Source of the DNA: Candidatus Onthoplasma sp.
Lineage (GTDB): Bacteria; Bacillota; Clostridia; Christensenellales; UBA1242
Direction of reading: 5' to 3'
NCBI GenBank assembly: GCA_051883515.1
Contig: JBJETW010000004.1
Coordinates: forward strand, 26,861 to 90,860
Length of the DNA: 64,000 nt
Shown here: positions 8,612-17,179 of the stretch, piece by piece
How positions within the stretch are numbered: position 1 is the first letter of the stretch
Layout: each line of letters begins with the position of its first letter
Program-made: the position numbers and the translations under genes
The notes under the pieces: model-generated
What the model was told of the DNA's origin: nothing
The model's input: only the letters and a program-made list of their open reading frames with translations
Databases searched by the model: none

Positions 8612-9480
8612 AAACTCAAAAATATTGGTTGCAAGCGTTAATTTGTTCGTTAATAATTTTAATATCAGTTGTATTCGGTATTTATTATTATCGTGAATAT
8701 ATTAAACCGCATTCATACGTGCTTGGTACTCCAACAGAAACTTCACCATTTACAAAACTTGCTCTTGCTGATTACATTTCAAATGAAAATGTATTGTTTA
8801 GTCAAGATTTAAGAGATTGTTCGTTCGGAGTGGATACTGAGACAAACATTGCAAAATACGAATTTAATTTTGAACACGTCGATTTCAACGGATTAACAGA
8901 AAAATATTTGTTATGTGTTAACGATTACATAGTATCTGACATAACAATTGGTGCTGGCACAATTTCTGCGAAATATCCACTCACCTTCTACGACGTAAAT
9001 AATGAAGTGTTGTGTTCAACTGAAATAAATTTAGGACTATCTTTCTATTCATTAGGTACAAAATTTGTTGCGCAACTTCCAAGCGCGGATTTGGGATATT
9101 TTATGAAATACCTTGAGACAGATAACTTTATTGTTAGTTTGACAAAAAATGTGTTTGGGACTGGTGAAATAACTGGTTCGTTGAAAACAACAGCAGATGT
9201 TTCTGTATCGTGCAATAAATTAGGTGTTTCTTATACAATATACGATTCAAAAAACGTTGAATTATCTTCAAATCCGGTTGAATTACCAAAAACGTCAAGT
9301 CTTAAAATTATGCTTGGTACATCAACATTTTCATATAAAATTTCTGGAATTGATGTTGCGTCAGATGGACAAATTACAAAATCATTTGAAGATGGAGTTG
9401 GAAATGTGTCTTGGACCAATGCAACATATGTAAATATTGTGTTTACAGTGAGTGCTGATTCGGAAAATATACTCGCATAG
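8608..9480 (+). CDS. membrane-anchored protein, putative virion/surface protein
   Basis: N-terminal TM (ALICSLIILISVVFGIYYY); ATGA overlap with upstream gene. Confidence 0.75.
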   Translation: MKTQKYWLQALICSLIILISVVFGIYYYREYIKPHSYVLGTPTETSPFTKLALADYISNENVLFSQDLRDCSFGVDTETNIAKYEFNFEHVDFNGLTEKYLLCVNDYIVSDITIGAGTISAKYPLTFYDVNNEVLCSTEINLGLSFYSLGTKFVAQLPSADLGYFMKYLETDNFIVSLTKNVFGTGEITGSLKTTADVSVSCNKLGVSYTIYDSKNVELSSNPVELPKTSSLKIMLGTSTFSYKISGIDVASDGQITKSFEDGVGNVSWTNATYVNIVFTVSADSENILA

Positions 9481-9488
9481 GTGAAAAT

Positions 9489-9806
9489 ATGAAGACAAAA
9501 CAATTTGTATCTTCAACTGGACTACTGCTGATTACAATTGTGCTTGTAGGTTGCTTGTTAAAATTTTGTTTACCTTTCATACAAGCGGAAGATGTACAAA
9601 GATTGGCATTGATAGTGATAATTCCAACAATATATCTTCCGTTTGTGATTTGCACAATTTTAAGTTCAGTGTCTGGATTGATATGTTCGATTATCTCTCT
9701 TTATTCGGAGAGTAAAGCAATAAAGATTTTTAGCATTATTTATATATTGCTGTTTATCTCAGCAATTATAATATGTGCTTTATGCACAGTAAAAATATTT
9801 AATTAA
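9489..9806 (+). CDS. small polytopic membrane protein (about 3 TM)
   Basis: 105 aa, almost entirely hydrophobic. Confidence 0.7.
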   Translation: MKTKQFVSSTGLLLITIVLVGCLLKFCLPFIQAEDVQRLALIVIIPTIYLPFVICTILSSVSGLICSIISLYSESKAIKIFSIIYILLFISAIIICALCTVKIFN

Positions 9807-9816
9807 GGAGAAAAAA

Positions 9817-11358
9817 ATGAATAAATTTTTAGCGATATTAGGTTGTGTATCTTTGGCAAGTTGTTCAATTTTGGGCGGAGTTCAAATTCACAAATCAACA
9901 AGTAAAGACATTGCTCCTGCCGTTGTTGAAGAAATGAAATCTGAAGCATACGACAAAGGTTATGCTGAAGGGAATGACATAGGTTATACAACAGGTTTAA
10001 AAAATGGTTATGATAACGGCTTTACTTCTGGTTCTGAAAATGGTTATGAAACCGGATATAACGAAGGTTTAGACCAAGGTCATGAAAATGGTTATAACGA
10101 AGGTTTAGAGCAAGGATATGAAAATGGTTATAAAGTCGGCATTAGTCAAATTTCTTCAGGTTCAGTGCCAACAAGCATTGATTTATCAAGTTTAAATTCA
10201 TGGAAGGCTCCAAATTGTTATAATTTGGGAAATGGTGATTATTTAATTGCGCCAAAACCAGACGATTCAGCTTGTGGATTATATGTCTATAAAGAATCTA
10301 CTGATGAATTATCTTGTATTTTTAGCGAAGGGTATTGGGATTCTGATTTGACAATCGGTGACAATGGTTGGTACATGACTTCATCAACAACAGCGGGAAT
10401 TGTTTATATTAATTCGTCATATACAGTATCAAAATTGTATAGTGATAACACAGCACAATTATTTGATGTCGGTGATTACATATTTGCCACTACTGGTGGG
10501 TGTGATGGAATTATTATTATTATTAAATCAAATGCTTCAATAGTTAGTACTGACTTCTGCCCAATTACTGAAGGTGATTTCATGCATGTTGATAATTATA
10601 TCGATTATGCCTTCATTAGTTCAGCGGATAGTGATTATTTAGGATTATACGCGTTTGATAAATCTACAAATGAATTTATTCAATTAAATTCGGATAAAGC
10701 TGGAGCATTTACATCGATTGATGTTGGAAACTGCTATATATTTACAAATAATAATGACACCATTATTAAATTTAACAAAACGACACATTCTGTCGAGACA
10801 ACATCAACAGAATCTGCTGTTTATATTAGCAAATCCTATGAAACCACTGATTACTATTTGTTATATAGTCCAAGTGCAACAAATGTATATATTTACAACA
10901 AATCTACTGGAGAAATTGCTAAGTCTGTCAATGAAATTCCATCAGGATTTGGTCCTGTTGCGGTTGTTGACAATTATGTTTTATTTAAAAAGTATTATGA
11001 TATGGATGAATTTATCGTATTTAAAAAATTAGATATGAGTTCTGACACAATTGAAACTTATTCTGAGATGATTACTGGGAATTATGATATTTTCGTGACT
11101 CTGGGTGATGAAGTTTTCATGTTCTCTTCTGAAAATTGCGAAGGCGCTATTGGTAGATGTGCGGGATTTAGCAATATGTCTTCGATTTCTGATGGATATT
11201 TTGAATTCCTTTTTGAAGGTACTGTTAAATCTGTAAAAGTAGTAGATGAGACATATCTAGAAGTTAGAGTCAAGACTTCAGAAAATGTTATATCAATTTT
11301 CAACATCGGTTCAAAACCACATCATACTGTAATTTTAACAGGTTTTGAAGTGGAATAA
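9817..11358 (+). CDS. exported protein with GYxxG repeat stalk and beta-propeller-like head; putative receptor-binding/adhesin protein
   Basis: Signal-like N-terminus; GYAEG...GYDNG...GYETGYNEG...GYENGY repeats; repeated GLY(V/A)(Y/F) blade-like segments. Confidence 0.7.
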   Translation: MNKFLAILGCVSLASCSILGGVQIHKSTSKDIAPAVVEEMKSEAYDKGYAEGNDIGYTTGLKNGYDNGFTSGSENGYETGYNEGLDQGHENGYNEGLEQGYENGYKVGISQISSGSVPTSIDLSSLNSWKAPNCYNLGNGDYLIAPKPDDSACGLYVYKESTDELSCIFSEGYWDSDLTIGDNGWYMTSSTTAGIVYINSSYTVSKLYSDNTAQLFDVGDYIFATTGGCDGIIIIIKSNASIVSTDFCPITEGDFMHVDNYIDYAFISSADSDYLGLYAFDKSTNEFIQLNSDKAGAFTSIDVGNCYIFTNNNDTIIKFNKTTHSVETTSTESAVYISKSYETTDYYLLYSPSATNVYIYNKSTGEIAKSVNEIPSGFGPVAVVDNYVLFKKYYDMDEFIVFKKLDMSSDTIETYSEMITGNYDIFVTLGDEVFMFSSENCEGAIGRCAGFSNMSSISDGYFEFLFEGTVKSVKVVDETYLEVRVKTSENVISIFNIGSKPHHTVILTGFEVE

Positions 11359-11378
11359 ATTTTCTAAGAGATTAAGAT

Positions 11379-12290
11379 ATGATGTATTTATTTTATGCGG
11401 TTTCCGGCAGTGGAAAGTCTGCATTAAAAACAGCAATGTTGGAACCGTTTTTAAGAAATTCATACAAGGTGAAAATGGATAGCAAGGGACTATTTGAGTT
11501 CCTTGCTCTAACACCTAAACAAAGATTGAAAATTTCTCACAACAGAATTAAGCAATTAAGCGTTGAACTCGGAGAAAATTTTGACCTTCCAAAAACAACA
11601 ATTCAATCAAATGAAACAATGTGGTCCAATTGTCATGGTGAATATGTTCAAAATTATGATTTACCAGGAGACAAAATTGGATTATATGATGAATTATATG
11701 AAACATACTGCCCTTGTCCAGGTTCTATTCTTGCTTGGGACGAAGCGCAAAAAGAACTATCCGGCCGAGAAAGTCAATCAATGGATTCAAGAGTCTCAAG
11801 TTTATTGCAACTGCACAGGAAATGGGGATTGGACATTTTGTTCTTTACTCAACGTTCCAGAATTCTTGACCTTAATGTCAGAGACAATGCAAGAATCATT
11901 GAAATTGAATCTATGCACCACAAATATAACAAGTTTGGCAGAATTATTCAAACGACATGGAGATTAAAGTTTTTTGAAAATTTAAGCGCACTTGAACGTT
12001 ATATTGGTAGTGGTAAAAAAACATACCACACAACAACATTTACTTTCGATGGTTGTATTTATGAACATTTCGATTCAAATGAAGGTGAAGAATACTTTAA
12101 AGACCTTGCAAAACAACGCGGATTAAATTTAAGAATTCGTGAACGTGGAACTAAATTTGACGAATATGTAAAAATTCACCCATACACTCCACCGGTTGGA
12201 TATGCAAAAATGAAACCTGAGACAAAAGAAAAGAAAATCAAAGAATTAAAGAAACAGAATAATCAAAAAGACATAGGAGAAGTGGCATGA
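11379..12290 (+). CDS. Zot/pI-like (FtsK-HerA superfamily) packaging/extrusion ATPase
   Basis: Walker A AVSGSGKS, Walker B ILAWDEAQ, HRKWGLDILFFTQ (Arg finger + hhhhTQ), LDLNVR. Confidence 0.88.
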   Translation: MMYLFYAVSGSGKSALKTAMLEPFLRNSYKVKMDSKGLFEFLALTPKQRLKISHNRIKQLSVELGENFDLPKTTIQSNETMWSNCHGEYVQNYDLPGDKIGLYDELYETYCPCPGSILAWDEAQKELSGRESQSMDSRVSSLLQLHRKWGLDILFFTQRSRILDLNVRDNARIIEIESMHHKYNKFGRIIQTTWRLKFFENLSALERYIGSGKKTYHTTTFTFDGCIYEHFDSNEGEEYFKDLAKQRGLNLRIRERGTKFDEYVKIHPYTPPVGYAKMKPETKEKKIKELKKQNNQKDIGEVA

Positions 12291-12793
12291 TTCGGATTGA
12301 AGATTATATTGAAGAATTGCAATATCACAAAGAATTGTTAAATTTCTTTAGTACAGAATTTGAAGAAAACGCAAGCAGAGAAGAAACTTGCAGTAAAAAA
12401 CATAACAAAAAAATACGCAAGCAAATTGAAAAGCGTGAACTTGAAGCATACAACGTTTTTCAAGCGAATTTAAGGTCACTTCTTAAAAATTCTGGTTATA
12501 CATATAAAGTTGTTGAAAAAAAGCAAGGAAATTGGTTAGTCAGATTGATTAATAAAATATTCAACAAAAAAAATCAAGAATCAGAAATGATTTTAGAGCA
12601 AAAAGAAATCAATTCAATTGAAGACGCTAAAGTTGAAGAAGTTTGTGAAACTGAAGAAACAAACAACTCAATAGACGAGACAACTGATATTGATGATTCT
12701 AATGATAATGTAGTTTGTTCTGATGAACCAAATTACACAATAGAAGGACAAATGGATATTGAGGACTTAGATTCAAAAGAAAATAAAAATTAA
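12287..12793 (+). CDS. hypothetical protein with acidic C-terminus
   Basis: 168-aa ORF, ATGA overlap with ATPase. Confidence 0.75.
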   Translation: MIRIEDYIEELQYHKELLNFFSTEFEENASREETCSKKHNKKIRKQIEKRELEAYNVFQANLRSLLKNSGYTYKVVEKKQGNWLVRLINKIFNKKNQESEMILEQKEINSIEDAKVEEVCETEETNNSIDETTDIDDSNDNVVCSDEPNYTIEGQMDIEDLDSKENKN

Positions 12794-12812
12794 CTTTAAA
12801 AGGAGAATTTTA

Positions 12813-13223
12813 TTGACAAAGCAACAAAAGTTTATACCTTGGGGTCGAACCTTAACAACAAATGATAAATATTTAGGTAAACAAAAAACTGGTTCAAATA
12901 AAACAAGACCAGTTGTAGTTGTAGATAATAATGGTTGTGATTTGGGAGTTGTTCCCCTATCTTCAAAAAAAGGTGCAAATCGAACAGAATTAAAAGGTTA
13001 TCGAAACAAGAAAACAAAACAAAAAACCTTCTTTAAGCACTATTTTGAAATTGAAGATAATGAAGGTCAACCTATAAGGGTTAATGAAAAGTTTAGAGAA
13101 AATCATAAAAATATGGACTTGTCAAGAGAAGATGTTTTAGATATTCGTCAAACAATATTTACAAAAGCAAATACGAAACAAAGAAATAAAAAATTATATG
13201 ATAAGTTCCATAAGAAAAAATAG
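12813..13223 (+). CDS. PemK/MazF-like endoribonuclease toxin
   Basis: KTRPVVVVDN...GVVPLSS motif pair typical of the PemK fold; AAGGAG RBS with TTG start. Confidence 0.6.
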   Translation: MTKQQKFIPWGRTLTTNDKYLGKQKTGSNKTRPVVVVDNNGCDLGVVPLSSKKGANRTELKGYRNKKTKQKTFFKHYFEIEDNEGQPIRVNEKFRENHKNMDLSREDVLDIRQTIFTKANTKQRNKKLYDKFHKKK

Positions 13224-13368
13224 CAAAAAAAATGACCGTGCTTTGTGACGGTCGCGCTTATAAACAAAAGTTATAAGCCTTACACAAATAATGTGTAGTT
13301 CATTAAGAACATTATTAGTATAACACTTAAAAAATAAAAGTCAATAGTTTTTTTAAAAAAGGAGAAAT

Positions 13369-13800
13369 ATGGATAAATTAGGAAAAAAACTAAGTCGTGC
13401 AAACGAATTGCGAAAAGAACAAAATAAATCCATGAGAGAACTAGAAAAAACAATCGACGAATGGTGGAAGAAATCAGCAAAAGCAAAAACGCCAAACGAA
13501 CGATTAAAAATAGATAAAGAATATCAATCAAAATATAACAAAGCAGACAAACAAGAAGATATAACCTACAAGAGATATTCTAATTTTGTCACAAAAAACT
13601 TTGATGATAAAATAGTAATAGATTGTTTAGGTGATGGTGATTTTGGTGACAAGATATTTATCACAAGATTATCAAAAGCATTAAAGAACAATGAACATAC
13701 GTCTAAACAATCAAAAGTGAAAGCAACCGGCAAACAGCGACAAAGAAAAAAGAATACCGCACACAATAACATTCGAAGTGGCAAAAACAAGAAGAAGTGA
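13369..13800 (+). CDS. hypothetical basic protein
   Basis: AAGGAG RBS; 143 aa, Lys-rich C-terminus. Confidence 0.75.
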   Translation: MDKLGKKLSRANELRKEQNKSMRELEKTIDEWWKKSAKAKTPNERLKIDKEYQSKYNKADKQEDITYKRYSNFVTKNFDDKIVIDCLGDGDFGDKIFITRLSKALKNNEHTSKQSKVKATGKQRQRKKNTAHNNIRSGKNKKK

Positions 13801-13819
13801 CTCGTGCGTAGTGAAGTGT

Positions 13820-13977
13820 GTGATAACTATGTTATCAACCTAAAAAAATCAAACAGAAAAAGGAACAGGCAAAAAGGAAGCAAAATCGAGTCGAGAGACC
13901 GATTGCTCCTTTGACTGGACGTTTCGTTTGATTTTAGGTGAAACCTAATTTAACGGCGACGTAGTCGCCGTAAAATT
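13820..13977. other. multi-hairpin intergenic region (candidate packaging signal, single-strand origin or ncRNA)
   Basis: TGATAAC-TAT-GTTATCA; ~100-nt imperfect stem 13838-13939 with GTC-GAGA-GAC apex; ACGGCGAC-GTA-GTCGCCGT. Confidence 0.6.
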
Positions 13978-14032
13978 AAACTTAAATTTTCAAAATTTTA
14001 AAAATTTTCAAAAAATTAAAAAAAGGAAAAAT

Positions 14033-14511
14033 ATGAAAGAAAAAATTAAAGAAATTTTAAAATCTAAAAAATGGACGCAAACACGACTTGCTAAACATAT
14101 AGGAATTTCTGTTCAAAGATTAAACAACTGGATACATAACAAATGTTCCCCAGGTGAAGAATGGATATCTGAAAAAATAAACAAAATGCATGCAAATTTA
14201 AAATGCGGTGATGTGGAGAAATCTTTACGATTGAAGAATCAAAGGAATGTGAGATTGAATTTCAGAAAAAAGAAAAAGTTGTTTACAAATATTATATAGA
14301 AATTCAAGAAACAAACAGACCATACATAAAAATTTGTTCTAAATATTTTGACACAGAAGAAGATTCAATTCAATGGGCAAAAAACATTCAAACATTAGAT
14401 AATGAATTTTCAATGCGCTTAATGATTGTACAGTGCGATTATACATATGGAATTGAATGTTATGGCAAACAAAAGGTAGTAAGATATTTAGAAAAAGAAT
14501 TGAAATTATAA
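14033..14511 (+). pseudogene. XRE HTH protein, apparently frameshifted at ~14212 from a CxxC-containing C-terminal domain
   Basis: HTH frame ...LKCGD; a shifted frame continues CGEIFTIEESKECEIEF...LEKELKL* (14212-14511) with no start codon of its own. Confidence 0.6.
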
Positions 14512-14589
14512 TCAAGGTTGGGTTGCAATCACATACGAAACGACGCAACTCCCCCAACCTTAATAGACGATTAAAAGGAAAGGTGAAAA

Positions 14590-15060
14590 ATGGATAAAAA
14601 AGAAAAAGAGAGATATACAATTGAAAGTTTTGAAATCGATGAACCATCGTGTATTTATGATAATAAAACAAACCAAAGAATATTAAGCCTTGTAGAGTAT
14701 AATTGGGATGAAGTCGTATTTTTGGAAAGTTTACTCAACCAACAAGACAAGCGTATAAAAGAGTTAGAAAATATGAATAGTCGATTGTCACAAGGTATTT
14801 ATTGGGGAAATGGTGAGCATTTTTGCGATGTGGTTTCAAAGTTAAAGAAAGAAAACCAACAATTAAGACAGCAACTCCACGACTTGCCAAAGAAGATTGT
14901 GGAAGAGATTGAAAAAGAATTAAATAACATTGTTGAAGTTGGCGATTTTTTTGATATTGTAACAGATGAAGAAACAAATTTACTGAAACAATCAGATATA
15001 GATAAATTGTTAGACACAATTTTGAAAAAGTATGAAAATTCATTAAAAAAAACACCATAA
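14590..15060 (+). CDS. hypothetical phage-type coiled-coil protein
   Basis: 156 aa, AAGGTGA RBS; LLNQQDKRIKELE, LKKENQQLRQQL. Confidence 0.75.
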   Translation: MDKKEKERYTIESFEIDEPSCIYDNKTNQRILSLVEYNWDEVVFLESLLNQQDKRIKELENMNSRLSQGIYWGNGEHFCDVVSKLKKENQQLRQQLHDLPKKIVEEIEKELNNIVEVGDFFDIVTDEETNLLKQSDIDKLLDTILKKYENSLKKTP

Positions 15061-15189
15061 ATCTGGTGCTTTTTTTGAATTAAAAGTTAAAAAAATGTTC
15101 CAATGCGATTAATTTTTTGTGAGTAGAATTTGAGTAGAATAAATTTGCTAGTTGCCTATAAAATAGACGTTTTTTTATATTTTGTTAAA

Positions 15190-15216
15190 GGTGCAACTCC
15201 CATCATCTCCACCAAA
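15190..15216 (+). repeat. attR core (27-bp ssrA 3' end copy)
   Basis: Identical to 2425-2451; followed by hairpin GGGTGC-TACTT-GCACCC and a T-run. Confidence 0.92.
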
Positions 15217-16270
15217 CGGGTGCTACTTGCACCCATTTTTTTCAAACTTTTTGTTCATAAAAATTTCTTTTAAATAATTATAAAAAATTAGACGCAATCA
15301 GCATCTAATTTTTGTTTCATATTAGTCACTAGCACCTACAACAACTCCACTTCCTACAGCAACTACTTTTTCACCTTTTTTTGACAAATTTAAAGATTCA
15401 CCTGGATGCAATGTCCCTTTTTCAACAATATTTTGAATAATATCAACACTTTCTGTCTTTATTGTTTTTTCAAAATCCTTTCCATTTTCCGTTTTTATTG
15501 TCTTCGTTTTTTCTTTGCGAGATTCTCCTTCAATATCCATAGTTTGTTTACTTTCAATTTCTGTTATTTTACCACCTATTAAATTTGTTTCAATTTTCGT
15601 AAAATGATTTTCTCTTTTTAAAGCGGAATTTATACCATATTCATTAATTCTTTCACTAATTACTATATATGGAATTTTCCCAAGCGTGCTTTCAGAAAAT
15701 GAATATTGAGTATCTCTTTTATATGTTCCAGCTTTTGTATTACCATTAGCATCTTTACATTTTCTATTATCTGTATCAAATGTTTGAATATCAAAACTTG
15801 TTCCATTTTGGCAACCATTAATTTGATATTTTTGAGCTGTTCCCAAATCTCCATTTGGTTGAGATTCTATTAGTTCATAAAAAGTATCAAACTCTATATC
15901 ACTTGAAGAATGTTTCTCCGTAAATTCAGGGACAATATCACAACCATTATAATATTCTTTAATATGAAAAGCATAATCTGCTCTGTATATTCTTTCAATT
16001 TCTGTTGGATTAGTTGATGCCGGAATAGTTGTAGTTAAATTTCCTGAAAACGATTTAACAACCCATTTGGATTCATCTTTTGGCAAGGAATCAAACTTCG
16101 ATTGTACCTGTTCTCTAATTTTAGCATCTTGGATTCTACCAATACTCGATTGAATTTGACTTAATACTTCTTGAAATGTTTTCATGTTATCTCCTTTGTT
16201 AACTATCAATTTATAAAATTAAAAACAAAAAGTCAAACAAAATAGGTGATACCCCATCATCTCCACCAAA
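15217..16270. mobile_element. integrase-less 1,054-bp cassette between ssrA-end repeats
   Basis: Bounded by CTCCACCAAA copies at 15207 and 16261; one ORF. Confidence 0.6.
15322..16185 (-). CDS. hypothetical protein (~287 aa)
   Basis: AAGGAG RBS before MKTFQEV; no recognisable motif. Confidence 0.75.
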   Translation of the reverse strand: MKTFQEVLSQIQSSIGRIQDAKIREQVQSKFDSLPKDESKWVVKSFSGNLTTTIPASTNPTEIERIYRADYAFHIKEYYNGCDIVPEFTEKHSSSDIEFDTFYELIESQPNGDLGTAQKYQINGCQNGTSFDIQTFDTDNRKCKDANGNTKAGTYKRDTQYSFSESTLGKIPYIVISERINEYGINSALKRENHFTKIETNLIGGKITEIESKQTMDIEGESRKEKTKTIKTENGKDFEKTIKTESVDIIQNIVEKGTLHPGESLNLSKKGEKVVAVGSGVVVGASD

Positions 16271-16317
16271 TGTCAAAAATTGTAGAAAAAAGTAGTTAGA
16301 CAATTCTAACTACTTTT

Positions 16318-16602
16318 TTATTGTATTATTATTTTAAAATCTTTTGGAAATTGTTTTTCTGCATCGAAAAAACAATTCAAAATTTTAGTTATTATTTCTT
16401 CATTATAATCATTTTCTTTACCTGTAAAATTTTTTAAAATTATTTCGCATGGTGTATCAATAAATCCAGTCAACATATCCCAAAGTGCATCAGCATTTTT
16501 ACCAAACCAATCAGGAAATTCCATCTCTTTTTGTATTAAATCATAAAATTCTTCAGCCCACTTAAATTCGTTTCTGTCAAAAATATATTTTTTCATAATC
16601 AA
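16318..16602 (-). CDS. barstar-family ribonuclease inhibitor
   Basis: FPDWFGKNADALWDMLTG matches barstar signature; directly downstream of barnase-like gene. Confidence 0.93.
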   Translation of the reverse strand: MIMKKYIFDRNEFKWAEEFYDLIQKEMEFPDWFGKNADALWDMLTGFIDTPCEIILKNFTGKENDYNEEIITKILNCFFDAEKQFPKDFKIIIQ

Positions 16603-16606
16603 ACTC

Positions 16607-17179
16607 CTATTCTATTGCAATAAATCTATTATAATGACTATCCGTTTTAAACATTAACCCATCATTAGAATATATAATACGAAAATTATTCCTATATCCA
16701 CCATTATAATCTACATCACATTCATACCAAATCCTATTTGAAGCTTTTGGTAATTTGTTTTCCCTATCATAAAAAATATCACCACCTATAGATTTCCCTG
16801 GCGCAACAATTTCCAAATTCCCCAATATTGGTTTCCACCCTAAATCTTTTGCTTGTTGTTTTGTAATAAAATAATCTGGCAACTTATTAAAGTTTTTTAA
16901 ATAATAATCAGGTCCACCAATACCTAATTTAGTTGCATTTCCAACCGCTACGCTTCTTAACCAAGTTGTATAACATAAACATTTCTCATGTTCAGGTAAG
17001 AATGGAATATCCGTGTCGTCTTTATGATAAATTTTACCATGCCTTTTTAAGCATACATTGCAATGAGTAAATGTTGGTCCTAATAAATATTCTTTCCAAT
17101 TCCTAGATGTTGAATAATTTGTAAAAGTTTCTTGAAATTTGTTAACAATAGATTCAGTTAAATCTTTAAATATGTTCAT
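16607..17179 (-). CDS. barnase-family RNase toxin with N-terminal MuF-like Cys/His motif
   Basis: LPDYFITKQQAKDLGW...APGKSIGGDIF...WYECDVDY...RIIYSNDGL..TDSHY; N-terminal CNVC..RHGKIY...LPEHEKCLC; no signal peptide. Confidence 0.9.
   Translation of the reverse strand: MNIFKDLTESIVNKFQETFTNYSTSRNWKEYLLGPTFTHCNVCLKRHGKIYHKDDTDIPFLPEHEKCLCYTTWLRSVAVGNATKLGIGGPDYYLKNFNKLPDYFITKQQAKDLGWKPILGNLEIVAPGKSIGGDIFYDRENKLPKASNRIWYECDVDYNGGYRNNFRIIYSNDGLMFKTDSHYNRFIAIE

Larger units (their letters stand above)
2425..15216. mobile_element. integrated virus-like element (inovirus-like/extruded or enveloped virus-type prophage) in ssrA 3' end, 12,765-bp excisable unit
   Basis: 27-bp direct repeat GGTGCAACTCCCATCATCTCCACCAAA at 2425-2451 and 15190-15216; integrase, repressor, initiator, membrane proteins and Zot-like ATPase inside. 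Confidence 0.88.

Noticed and set aside
2425-15216. Element as a conjugative ICE, PICI or tailed prophage
   Set aside because: No relaxase, VirB4/VirD4-sized ATPase, primase-helicase, terminase, portal, capsid or lysin recognised; the only ATPase is a 303-aa Zot-like protein.
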